Virus record (IMG/VR): IMGVR_UViG_3300045988_180775
Strand: one strand, 5' to 3'
DNA from: a virus
DNA length: 64,000 nt
Position 1 is the first letter of the stretch. Each line of letters starts with the position of its first letter. The notes below the pieces were generated by a model. That model did not search any database and was not told the DNA's origin. It saw only the letters and a program-made list of their open reading frames with translations. The translations under genes were made by a program, and so were the position numbers. Shown piece after piece: positions 53,261-61,774 of the stretch.

Positions 53261-54745
53261 TTAAGCAGAGGCCCCTTCACCGCCTGTGGCGGTTCTGATA
53301 GACAACAGATAGTCGTCAATTCCCTTGGTCTTATCAGACCAGTAGTGTTTCTCTTCCAGCCCATCTGCGTTTTTGACGCGGCTGTGCCGGATATTTCGCT
53401 TTGCAAGCTCCTGAGAAACATTTGCGAGGTCTGTGAACACGTTGAAGGTGGTCGGAACGAAAATGCCATGCTCACAACAGATGGCATTCAGTTCGCTGAG
53501 TTTCTGTTGTGCATATTCCGCATCCCAGCATTTCTCTGCAAGTTTGATGCCGTATCCTGCGGCAATGGCTCGAACACGCTTTCCCGCCTTTGCGACATTG
53601 ACATTTGTGACCTTATCCATGTCAAATACATTGAATACCGTTTCAACACCTTTGCCTTTCAGCCATGCGAAAATTGCTGGCAAGGTTTTGGTATTGGACG
53701 TTCCGTGCAGCGCAATGAAAAACATCTTTCGATTGCCCTTCAATTCAACTGCCGCATCCGCCTTGAGAGGGCCTTCCGTAATGCAGACAGCGGTTTCCGG
53801 GTCATCCAGGCTATCGTTCCCAAGTGGGAGATGCGCCTGACTGATATCCGTGGTAACGCCGTCTGGCAGGCCCTTCGCGGAGATGGTCATGTACCGAAGA
53901 AACTCCTTGTTCTGACCGGTACGCTTGCAGTAATCGTTCCAGTCGGACGGTTTATCCCGCCGTACTTGCAGGGCAACGATTTGACCTACCGCATTTCGTG
54001 TTGGAATCAGCATCCCAGGTTCAAGGTTGAAGCACCACACACCGTCTATCCGGAAAAAACCGGGTACGCCTCGCAGCTCGCATCCACATTTGGCAAGGAT
54101 GGAGGCCGCAATGAGACCTGCGATAAGCCGTTCTGGGGTACGGCGCTTGAGGATATTGTCCTTGCGAATAGACGGAATCAGCTTCTGATACTGCTCCTTC
54201 GCTTTCCGGTAACGGTTGACCCACGGAAAATCGGCCGAAATGCTTCGATACCCGTTTCGCTCAATCGCTTCATCGGAAAAGCCGCGCCTGTGCAGGTTCT
54301 CACGGTGCAGGTCGGAAAGCTGAAAGAACTTGATGTCCAAGAGCTTCCGATACGCCTTATCCACCACCTCGTCGCTGGCGCGGTGGATTTCCACGACCTC
54401 CGGGAGTTGTGCTTTCTGTACGCGGCTGCGAACTGGGGCTTCGATGTGCAGGTCGTCGCAGAGCTTTCGGTACATTTCCCTGCTGTTCTGTCCCTTGACA
54501 CAGCGAACGCCATGTGCAACGCGGGCATACAAGTCCAACGCACCTTGCCCCTTCTCACCCCCGGAGCATTTCACACACGAATACGCATTCTTCACGGTAT
54601 TGATATTCATGTGATATTTGGTGTCATTGCAAAACGGACAACGAACGTTGAAAGACGTCCCATTAAAATCCGATTGCGGAGACACCTTTAAGCCAAGCAG
54701 TTTGACAACCTCTCGGATGTCAATGCTGAATTTATCGTAGCCCAT
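53261..54745 (-). CDS. DNA primase (CHC2 zinc finger plus Toprim; conjugative TraC/DUF3991-like)
   Basis: CPFCNDTKYHMNINT...CVKCSGGEKG zinc finger. Toprim-like region with FDMD acidic motif. RBS GAAAGGAGCCTGCTCGG. Confidence 0.7.
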   Translation of the reverse strand: MGYDKFSIDIREVVKLLGLKVSPQSDFNGTSFNVRCPFCNDTKYHMNINTVKNAYSCVKCSGGEKGQGALDLYARVAHGVRCVKGQNSREMYRKLCDDLHIEAPVRSRVQKAQLPEVVEIHRASDEVVDKAYRKLLDIKFFQLSDLHRENLHRRGFSDEAIERNGYRSISADFPWVNRYRKAKEQYQKLIPSIRKDNILKRRTPERLIAGLIAASILAKCGCELRGVPGFFRIDGVWCFNLEPGMLIPTRNAVGQIVALQVRRDKPSDWNDYCKRTGQNKEFLRYMTISAKGLPDGVTTDISQAHLPLGNDSLDDPETAVCITEGPLKADAAVELKGNRKMFFIALHGTSNTKTLPAIFAWLKGKGVETVFNVFDMDKVTNVNVAKAGKRVRAIAAGYGIKLAEKCWDAEYAQQKLSELNAICCEHGIFVPTTFNVFTDLANVSQELAKRNIRHSRVKNADGLEEKHYWSDKTKGIDDYLLSIRTATGGEGASA

Positions 54746-54772
54746 CCGAGCAGGCTCCTTTCTTCATTTTTG

Positions 54773-54800
54773 CGCGGCGGGGGTAGAAACCCCCGCCGTT
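54773..54800 (-). promoter_or_regulatory. GC-rich intergenic hairpin between ERF and primase genes
   Basis: gcggcggggg-tagaaa-cccccgccg. No U-run on the minus strand, so possible RNA stability or attenuator element. Confidence 0.3.
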
Positions 54801-54815
54801 GTGTGTTTGATACGC

Positions 54816-55610
54816 TCAACCGGCTTTGCTCTGCGTAATGACCTGTGCAGCCTCATGCAGCTGCGGGTAAGTATCCCTGCGGGAGAAGCGGTCACTTGCG
54901 TAGAACTCCACCAGACTGCGGTCAATCGTCATCAGCTCACCAAGCGTCTTCTTGGCGTAGTTGCCGAACGGAACGATGACCTGTCTCGCCGCGTCAAGAG
55001 ACATCTGCGTATTCGCAGCCGCCTTTGCCGGGGCCTGTGTGGGCTGGGTGACGGGGGTGCTGGCCGCCGGACTGGTCGCCGGAATCATGGGGTTATTCTT
55101 GGAGGACGGAATCAGGGGATTCGTCTCCACGAAAGCAACGCCTTCATCGGGAGACGGAATGGAATCCGGGTCATTGGCTATGCCGGTGCTGATTTTGTAC
55201 GTCTTCATCAAAGCGTACTTATCGGCGTAGGTCATAGCCTTACCGGGAGCCTTATCTCCGGAATCCATACCCGTGCCGAAGCTAACGGTCTCCAGACAGT
55301 CTGTCGGCTCGTCAACGTTGACGAAACGGTAGACCTCAGTTACCGTCGCCATAACCAAGCGGACCAAACGCTGCTCACCGTTCCACATATACGGCTTCTC
55401 GACGATTTTCTGGTCGAGGGTGCGGCTGACCGCGTAAGAAAAGACGCCGTGCTTCTCTTCCAGCGGCTTGACTGCCGCAAGAATCGTAGCCTCGGAGGTT
55501 GCGCTGTACGCCTTATCCCCCTCACCAACGGTCAGGTCCTTGGCAATAGCGCCCAGTTCTGCGGTGATTGCCGCCACGCGCTGAAAAATGTTCTTATTGC
55601 TCATATTCAA
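54816..55610 (-). CDS. ERF-family single-strand annealing protein
   Basis: N-terminal IFQRVAAITAELGAIAKDL...KAYSATSEATILAAVKPLEEKHGV and GKAMTYADKYAL match ERF (PF04404) patterns as I recall them. Confidence 0.65.
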   Translation of the reverse strand: MNMSNKNIFQRVAAITAELGAIAKDLTVGEGDKAYSATSEATILAAVKPLEEKHGVFSYAVSRTLDQKIVEKPYMWNGEQRLVRLVMATVTEVYRFVNVDEPTDCLETVSFGTGMDSGDKAPGKAMTYADKYALMKTYKISTGIANDPDSIPSPDEGVAFVETNPLIPSSKNNPMIPATSPAASTPVTQPTQAPAKAAANTQMSLDAARQVIVPFGNYAKKTLGELMTIDRSLVEFYASDRFSRRDTYPQLHEAAQVITQSKAG

Positions 55611-56558
55611 TTAAACTCCTTCCTTCTGCCGCGCCAGATACTCCTGACGTTCGGCCTCCTTTTTGTTCTCTCCTTCGATGATGACGGGGATGCACATGGC
55701 ATTCTCCCACGTTTCGATGAAGCGTGTTACGCGATACATCATGCGGTACATATCGCGGTCAGAAACCTGGATAAATACCTCCACCTTGTTTCGCATGGAT
55801 TTTCCGTCGAATGTCGTGGCCCCGGTCGCCTGTTCAATCACCTTGGCCTCGCCGTTGGTGATTTTCAGGACCCAAGGATACATTGCAAGGTCTCCGTCCT
55901 GACGAACGCTGTCATGCGTGACTGTCAGCATAGACACCGGCGCAAATCCGTCCGTGCCTTTCTTGTAGGTATTGACCTTGGACATGGCATACTGGTAGTC
56001 CATTCGGTTCGGAAATTTGAGCGCAGTCCCAACGTCCGCATCCGCGATAGCAGTACGGGCTTCTTTCAGAACTGTGCCGGCTGCCATGAGGATATCCTTC
56101 TTTTCTGCTCCCTTAACGGCCTTGGCCACAATGCTTACGCTCTTGCTCAGAAGACTGCCATAAGCCTTTGCAACGCTGGCAGTGCGATGAATCGACTTCA
56201 TCAGACCATTGACAGCATTGGGGGCCAAAACAGTCTCCCAGGGCTTCTGCGCATCCTTCGCGACACGTCCAATCAGCGGAACAGCCATCGTACCGACATT
56301 GCAGCGGCAAACGGTGAGCCATTCGTCGAACATGGTCGGGTCAATATTCACAGAACAGGTGACACTTTTATCGCCCGTTCCCTTCGTGAAATCACAGATG
56401 ACCATTTCGATGACAGAGGGAAAGGTCTTTCCTCCATTTTTCTTGCCGCCAGACTGGTGCATCATCGCATACTCGTCAGGCAGCGACCGGCTCAGCTTGT
56501 CGCGAAAGTCAACGACTTTATCCTTGCCGTTACACTTGGTAATCACATTTGTTACCAT
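55611..56558 (-). CDS. hypothetical protein (315 aa), first gene after cassette copy 6
   Basis: ORF with cassette TIR GTAAGGAGAATCAGAAAAAATG. Confidence 0.55.
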   Translation of the reverse strand: MVTNVITKCNGKDKVVDFRDKLSRSLPDEYAMMHQSGGKKNGGKTFPSVIEMVICDFTKGTGDKSVTCSVNIDPTMFDEWLTVCRCNVGTMAVPLIGRVAKDAQKPWETVLAPNAVNGLMKSIHRTASVAKAYGSLLSKSVSIVAKAVKGAEKKDILMAAGTVLKEARTAIADADVGTALKFPNRMDYQYAMSKVNTYKKGTDGFAPVSMLTVTHDSVRQDGDLAMYPWVLKITNGEAKVIEQATGATTFDGKSMRNKVEVFIQVSDRDMYRMMYRVTRFIETWENAMCIPVIIEGENKKEAERQEYLARQKEGV

Positions 56559-56750
56559 TTTTTCTGATTCTCCTTACTTGTTATTTTTTGATTTATATAA
56601 AAGCCTGCGCCCGTTGGGTGCAGACTGAACTTTCATTATGTTTGTGATACTTCCTTTGTATGGTCTCAGCATACCGACCTTTTTCTCGCTTACAGAATTG
56701 CGCTGTGCAGGAATACAGGTTCTTAGGAATAGAAGTACCTAAGAACCAAA
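56559..56750 (-). promoter_or_regulatory. conserved intergenic cassette copy 6 (contains perfect 10-bp palindrome)
   Basis: Hairpin B ctgcgccc/gggtgcag (entirely different arm sequence, pairing preserved). Hairpin A gtatggtctcagcatac. GGTTCTTAGG-N10-CCTAAGAACC at 56718-56747. Confidence 0.7.
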
Positions 56751-56763
56751 GAAGGGCAAAAAG

Positions 56764-56788
56764 AAATCCGGGCCAGAAGGCCCGGATT
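56764..56788 (-). terminator. rho-independent terminator after VWA gene
   Basis: aaatccgggcc-agaa-ggcccggattt. On minus strand the stem is followed by CTTTTTGCCC. Confidence 0.65.
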
Positions 56789-56791
56789 ATC

Positions 56792-58933
56792 TCAAATATT
56801 GCGCAGAATCCTCTTCTTCACCATCCCTGTGAGCATCTTCGGAAATTTGCTCAGGTCGGTGATGTCGAGAAAGCCGTCACCGTAAATTGCCTGGATGTGC
56901 TCCTTGTCGTTGCCAATAGCTGCCGCAAAAACCTCGATACCGTTCCGTCGTGCGGATTTCACGATATTCTGGATATCTGCTCTGGCACTACTGCCGGAAT
57001 AGTTTCCGTCATTAGGCTGTCCATCGCTGATGACAAACATCAGCTTGACCTCCTCCGGTCTCTTTGCAAGAAGGCCAACGGAGGCTGCGATGGCAGCGCC
57101 ATCACGGTTACAGCCCCCTGTGCTCAGTTTGGCAAGCCGGAAGGCATCCTGCTTCCCGATGGCATCAAAGCGGGAGAACACATAGTATTCGGCACATCCC
57201 CTTGTCTGGGTATTGTGGCCGGCAACCATGACTGGAATGCCCAGTCCCGTCGCAAAGTCATAGAGCAGCATGGCCGCCCGCATTGCGGAGTTCATCCGTG
57301 CGCCCTGCATGGAGCCGGACATATCAACCAAAACGCTGACCGCCATAGACGGATAGTCCTGCGGCAGCTTCTTGCTGGCATAGAACTTCTGGTCCGGACG
57401 ATAGGCATTCTTGATTTCAAGACGGTTGCCAATGATGCGGTGATGAAGGATAGAACCCTGCTGGATATCAGCCAGAGCTTCCCGAATGAGTTTCTGAAGC
57501 CTGCGGGAATATCCCTTCAGGTCAGCCATCTGCCGCTCATACAGCTTTTTGTCCTGCTCTGTAACGCCTAAGATGCGATGGGGCCTGATATGGCCTCGAT
57601 GCGTGGGGCCAAGCTCCAACTGGGGGATTTCTGCCATCAGGTCGGACGTAATGTCCGCCTCCAGCTTTTCCTCCGCCTTCTGGTCGCTGATGCCCCGTGC
57701 AATAGCTTCCAAGGCCTCTTTGATTTGCTTGTCCGTCCCACTCGTATTCGCCGAAGCCTTCGTTTGGGGGGAAGTTTTCTGTCCGCCTTGCGCCTGCTGA
57801 CCCTTTTGGGCCTGCTTGCGATTTGCGGAAGCAACTTTGGACGTGGACTGGTTCTGCGGGGCGGCGTTCGCACCGGTATTCGATGCGGTCTGAGCAAGGC
57901 CGTTTACAACAGCCTGAATAGCAGCGGCAGAATGATTCATCGACTGAGTGTTGCCGGAGCTGTTCGGATTCCCGCTTCCAGGATTTCCGTTCGAGCCGGT
58001 CTGCCCGTCGCTGGAATCGCCGTTGCTGTTGCTCTGGGGATTTCCCGCTCCCGTCTGATTCTGTTGCTGTTCCGCTTCATCCAGGGCCTCTTTGATGATG
58101 GGCCACATGATAAGAAAGATTTCGTTGATTTGCGTAAAACGATATGCAACGTCATCTGTCCATCTGGCCTGACTCAAGGGCTTTGCCATGTCAATGACCA
58201 TCTTCATGATGTCGTTGTCACGCACGCACTGTTCAAGGTCTCTTGCGAAGACATCCTCGAATCGGGCAAACTCAAGCATCAGGGCATAGAGCTTTTGCAG
58301 CTTGGTTGCCTTATCATTTGCGAGGATGTTTTCCGCATAATCGAAACTGCGGAACAGGGCCTCACGCGATGTTGCGATTCCCTTTTCCACTATGCCGCCG
58401 AACTCGTCGATGATTTTGCCTTCATCGTGCGGGTCATCAATGGTGTTGGTCACATCGTTGAAAATCTGCTGAAACAGTGGCCGGTACGCACTGTTCTGAA
58501 GCGCGTCCTTCATTTCAGTCAATGCGTCAACCTCTGCCTGAGTCTTTGGCACCGGCAGTTCTCCGTAGAACTCTCCGGCCTTGATTTTATCAATGGCCTT
58601 CTGCTCCTCTGCAAAATCGCAATAAATGATATGTGCAATTTCGTGGAAATGGATACCCAGCAGAGCCGTAAACTTGGCATAGATGTCATTGTACGCCTCC
58701 GTGATGGTATTTTCAGGTACGAGATACTCCTTCTTTCCGTCCGTCCAGCCTGGTGCAATGCCTGTCGGCAGAATTGTCAGGGACAGTCGCTTAGTGATGC
58801 CGCAATGCCGCAACAGCGTCTCCCCCATCTTTTGCAGATAGCTGGAAAACTCAGCGGAGTGGAAGATTTCTTCGGAACTCAAGTTCTTGCGCTCTTCAGA
58901 ACTCAGCTTCCTGAGCTGGTGTTCGTATTTCAT
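56792..58933 (-). CDS. VWA-domain protein (MIDAS DxSxS) with N-terminal HExxH motif; CobT-like partner of AAA+ ATPase
   Basis: VLVDMSGSMQGARMNSAMRAAMLL (VWA MIDAS). FHEIAHIIYCDF (HExxH). Gln/Gly/Asn-rich linker. Confidence 0.7.
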   Translation of the reverse strand: MKYEHQLRKLSSEERKNLSSEEIFHSAEFSSYLQKMGETLLRHCGITKRLSLTILPTGIAPGWTDGKKEYLVPENTITEAYNDIYAKFTALLGIHFHEIAHIIYCDFAEEQKAIDKIKAGEFYGELPVPKTQAEVDALTEMKDALQNSAYRPLFQQIFNDVTNTIDDPHDEGKIIDEFGGIVEKGIATSREALFRSFDYAENILANDKATKLQKLYALMLEFARFEDVFARDLEQCVRDNDIMKMVIDMAKPLSQARWTDDVAYRFTQINEIFLIMWPIIKEALDEAEQQQNQTGAGNPQSNSNGDSSDGQTGSNGNPGSGNPNSSGNTQSMNHSAAAIQAVVNGLAQTASNTGANAAPQNQSTSKVASANRKQAQKGQQAQGGQKTSPQTKASANTSGTDKQIKEALEAIARGISDQKAEEKLEADITSDLMAEIPQLELGPTHRGHIRPHRILGVTEQDKKLYERQMADLKGYSRRLQKLIREALADIQQGSILHHRIIGNRLEIKNAYRPDQKFYASKKLPQDYPSMAVSVLVDMSGSMQGARMNSAMRAAMLLYDFATGLGIPVMVAGHNTQTRGCAEYYVFSRFDAIGKQDAFRLAKLSTGGCNRDGAAIAASVGLLAKRPEEVKLMFVISDGQPNDGNYSGSSARADIQNIVKSARRNGIEVFAAAIGNDKEHIQAIYGDGFLDITDLSKFPKMLTGMVKKRILRNI

Positions 58934-58999
58934 ATTCTTTCTCCTTTTTCAGAGAATGGGGACCATGCGGCCCCCATTCTCAGCGTATTGTGTGGAAAA

Positions 59000-60751
59000 T
59001 CAGAGATACAGGTCCACAACGGAACCCATAATCTCCTCTTGCTCCTCTACGACAGAAGTTGCCTTCGACACGACGCAGCAGCGGCAGTTCTCACGGACAT
59101 TACTCATGCCATCGACCTGTACCGACTGTGCCCACATCTCAAGCTCCGTCGCAGAGATAGAGCCTTCCGTAATATCATTCTCCTTGCAGTGCTTGGAAAT
59201 TGCCAGCCAGACCGTATACATCTTCTCCAGCAAATCCTTGTCAGGGAAACCGGTGTTATACCGAACACGGGCCAACAGCGTCTCCTTCGTCAGCTCATAA
59301 GAGTCAATGACGAAAGCACAGCGACGGATTACGGACGGGTCAACCGGACGACAGGAAGCATAGCCGACGTTATCGGTATAAACAACCATCGCATCCGGAT
59401 GACGGCGCACGAAGCGCCCATCAACCAGCGGAATCATCGCCCCTGCGCGGTCGTATTCGTTCAGACCGACGAGCACGCCAGCGTCGCGGATACGGGAAAT
59501 CTCCTGTACCTCAACGATGTAGCCGTGTTCCAGCGCCTTGACATAGTTCGACTCAACGAACTTGTAGCGCGCCACAGAGCCGTTACTCGCCGCCGCCTTG
59601 CCATACGCCTCAAGGGCCATCTGGCAGGTCGCGTCTTCGTCCTCCACGCCGGTGAGCTTGAAGTAAGCACTGGCGGGGTCCGCCGCGATTTCCGCGAAGT
59701 CAGGCAGTTCCGCTGTGTGCGCCCCATCCGTATCGGGAATGATATCGGAGAGGAAGTTCTGCGTCTCCATCGTGGAATTGCACGTCATACGCAGCAGCGG
59801 GATATTCAGGAACCCAGCCATCAGTTCAACACCCGTGGACTTACCATAGGAGGTAATGCCGCGCCACATGAAGTTATTCATGGGACGCTTATCCTTTCTG
59901 GTATTCACGAACTTTTTGGCAATGTCGATTGCCTCCGGCGCGACGGGATAATCGTCTGGGAACTGAGGAATGAGCGCCCGCTCCGCCGCTGACCAGCTGT
60001 GACTGGCTGCGAACGCGGAAAACAGCTTCTTTGCGCTTGCGAATGTGTGCGCCTTTGTTGCTGTTACGCGGATACTGCCGCACAGGACACACGCCTTGCC
60101 GCACAGCTCCGTGCCGGACAGAGAACCGCTTTTGACGCTGGTTCCCGTGAGGATATCAATATTCCCACCGGGAACCTTGACCTCGACCTCGTTGTTGTTC
60201 AGCATCACCACCAGCGTGTCGCAGATGCGGCGGAAACAGCCCTCGTCAAAAGGCGTTCCCGCGTTATACTGCTGCGTGATAGCGTTGAGGTCAGTACCAA
60301 CACCGTTCCAAATGGAAGTGGCGATAGGCAACAGGCACAGATAGATAGGTGCGAGGTTGACCTCGCAGCTTCGGTCAATCGTGGGGAGCGACGTAAAGGT
60401 ATAGTCCGCAGTTCCCACAACCGGCTTCGCAATGGCCGCACGAAGGCGGACCGTCTTGCCGTTCGGGTCCGGACGGTTCACCGTCGCAATCAGGACCGTA
60501 CCATCCGCCTGCGGAAGCTCCGCTGCGTAGGTAGAGCCGCCGACATCGACCAGCGCCATATCAGCGTGTTCGCCCTTCATCCATGCCACAACCGCCTGTG
60601 CGGCGTATGCGTTCAACGCGACATTGCCGCCACCGTTTCGGAGTGCCGAGAACATAGCTGGCTCCTTTACTGTCGGAGCATAGTTCTGAACCTCTTTCGG
60701 GAATCTGGCAACTGACCAACTGGCAGACGGCGTATTCAAAGTGTGATTCAT
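59000..60751 (-). CDS. AAA+ ATPase, MoxR/CobS-like (AAA_5-type)
   Basis: Walker A RGITSYGKSTG with downstream acidic Walker B region. Size and pairing with the VWA gene are typical of MoxR-VWA / CobS-CobT pairs. Confidence 0.6.
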   Translation of the reverse strand: MNHTLNTPSASWSVARFPKEVQNYAPTVKEPAMFSALRNGGGNVALNAYAAQAVVAWMKGEHADMALVDVGGSTYAAELPQADGTVLIATVNRPDPNGKTVRLRAAIAKPVVGTADYTFTSLPTIDRSCEVNLAPIYLCLLPIATSIWNGVGTDLNAITQQYNAGTPFDEGCFRRICDTLVVMLNNNEVEVKVPGGNIDILTGTSVKSGSLSGTELCGKACVLCGSIRVTATKAHTFASAKKLFSAFAASHSWSAAERALIPQFPDDYPVAPEAIDIAKKFVNTRKDKRPMNNFMWRGITSYGKSTGVELMAGFLNIPLLRMTCNSTMETQNFLSDIIPDTDGAHTAELPDFAEIAADPASAYFKLTGVEDEDATCQMALEAYGKAAASNGSVARYKFVESNYVKALEHGYIVEVQEISRIRDAGVLVGLNEYDRAGAMIPLVDGRFVRRHPDAMVVYTDNVGYASCRPVDPSVIRRCAFVIDSYELTKETLLARVRYNTGFPDKDLLEKMYTVWLAISKHCKENDITEGSISATELEMWAQSVQVDGMSNVRENCRCCVVSKATSVVEEQEEIMGSVVDLYL

Positions 60752-60773
60752 AGTTTCTTTCTCCTTTCACTCA

Positions 60774-60959
60774 TTAACGGGCGTTTGCAGCAGACAGATT
60801 CCGCCACACGCGAAACAGATGCGCGAGATAACTCTCCGCTTCCTGTCTCTCCATGAAACCGGAACCCGTCAGGTACTTCATTGCACTTTCCTTGCTGCCA
60901 CGGGATTCGCCGTCGATGACATAACCCATTGCTTTCGTAAAGTAGTCGTTTGTAAACAT
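60774..60959 (-). CDS. small hypothetical protein (61 aa), first gene after cassette copy 7
   Basis: ATG 60959 preceded by conserved TIR AAAAAGGAGAAATGAAAAAATG. The track ORF extension to 61277 runs through the cassette and was rejected. Confidence 0.4.
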   Translation of the reverse strand: MFTNDYFTKAMGYVIDGESRGSKESAMKYLTGSGFMERQEAESYLAHLFRVWRNLSAANAR

Positions 60960-61150
60960 TTTTTCATTTCTCCTTTTTGTTTTGTGTGATTTGGGATATA
61001 TAAAAAGCCAGTATCCGTAAAGGATGCTGACTGAACTTTCTTTATGTTTGCGATACTTCTTTTGTATGGTCACAGCATACCGGCCTTTTTGCCATTTGCA
61101 GAATTGTGATAAACAGGAATACAGGTTCCTGAGTTCCGAGGTGCCTGAGT
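60960..61150 (-). promoter_or_regulatory. conserved intergenic cassette copy 7 (GGTTCC motif in inverted orientation)
   Basis: Hairpin B cagtatcc/ggatgctg, hairpin A gtatggtcacagcatac. CAGGAATACAGGTTCCTGAGTTCCGAGG at 61114-61141, shared with copy 6. Confidence 0.7.
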
Positions 61151-61158
61151 GTTTCGGC

Positions 61159-61205
61159 AAAAAAACAGCAGCACCCATCCGGTATGGATAGATGCCGCTG
61201 GAAGA
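61159..61205 (-). terminator. imperfect hairpin plus T7 run after membrane protein gene
   Basis: cagcagcacccatcc-ggtat-ggatagatgccgctgg (12 of 15 positions pair, 3 mismatches) followed on minus strand by TTTTTTT. Confidence 0.45.
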
Positions 61206-61210
61206 TGTAC

Positions 61211-61774
61211 TCACATCTGCAAATAGGCATATAACAGATGCGGTGTTTTTTCGTTGATGTAGACGAGATATGGGCAATTCGGATAAAACGTCACCTTGCG
61301 GGGAAGTGTAAAGGTGAAATAAGACGGAACATCATCGTCTGTCCGGAAACACACTTTCGTGGAGCCTTTCAATCCGTTGGAAATTGCATTTGTCTGTACG
61401 CTGTAGCAAATCATCGGCAGTTCCCTAATAGTGCCGTCCTTAAAATCCAACCGCAGAGAAACCGCACAGTATAGAAGATAGACGGGGAAAAGAAGAAACA
61501 TGAGCAGCCGCACGGATAGAAGCGTGATGGACAACACGATGACTGTCAGCGTCATCAGTACCGCGACCGTACAGAGCATGACTTCCTTGGACTGCAAGGC
61601 GGTCGGCAGCTCGATGTCCCGCAGCTCCTGCCAGATAGATTTCTTCTCCCCCTCCGGTTCCGGTGCCGAGTCCGAAGCCTGTTTCCCTGCGGCATTTTCG
61701 GCCCGATTGGCGTCATCCTGCTCCAGCAGGGCACGGAGATGCGGGAATTCAATAATTTTTGACTTCTTCGGCAT
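61211..61774 (-). CDS. membrane protein (187 aa)
   Basis: Trimmed to ATG 61774 with RBS GGGAGGTAGTC. Two TM helices (LCTVAVLMTLTVIVLSITLL, LLMFLLFPVYLLYCAV). Confidence 0.5.
   Translation of the reverse strand: MPKKSKIIEFPHLRALLEQDDANRAENAAGKQASDSAPEPEGEKKSIWQELRDIELPTALQSKEVMLCTVAVLMTLTVIVLSITLLSVRLLMFLLFPVYLLYCAVSLRLDFKDGTIRELPMICYSVQTNAISNGLKGSTKVCFRTDDDVPSYFTFTLPRKVTFYPNCPYLVYINEKTPHLLYAYLQM

Noticed and set aside
57578-59992. 804-aa plus-strand ORF, plus other long plus-strand ORFs (54801..56567, 13977..15371, 6235..7242, 31151..32200, 33544..34707, 38890..39948, 62822..63868)
   Set aside because: Each lies antisense to a well-supported minus-strand gene with recognisable motifs. Translations are R/L/H/G-rich low-complexity with no motifs, so they are antisense shadow ORFs.
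1972-61150. Interpretation of the cassettes as MITE-like mobile elements
   Set aside because: No terminal inverted repeats or target-site duplications. Always the same orientation and always positioned exactly at a start codon with a shared SD. Behaves like a regulatory module, not a transposable insertion.
1972-61150. Interpretation of the cassette as a standard sigma-A promoter
   Set aside because: The only TATA-like stretch (TTTTATATAT) has its would-be -35 inside hairpin B, whose sequence varies between copies. No conserved TTGACA-like hexamer at 16-18 bp. Function is therefore left open (alternative sigma, attenuator or processing).
60963-61277. Extension of ORF 60774..61277 and small ORF 61042..61230 across cassette copy 7
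   Set aside because: They run through a noncoding unit conserved in seven places with different downstream genes. A conserved SD-ATG at 60959 defines the real start.
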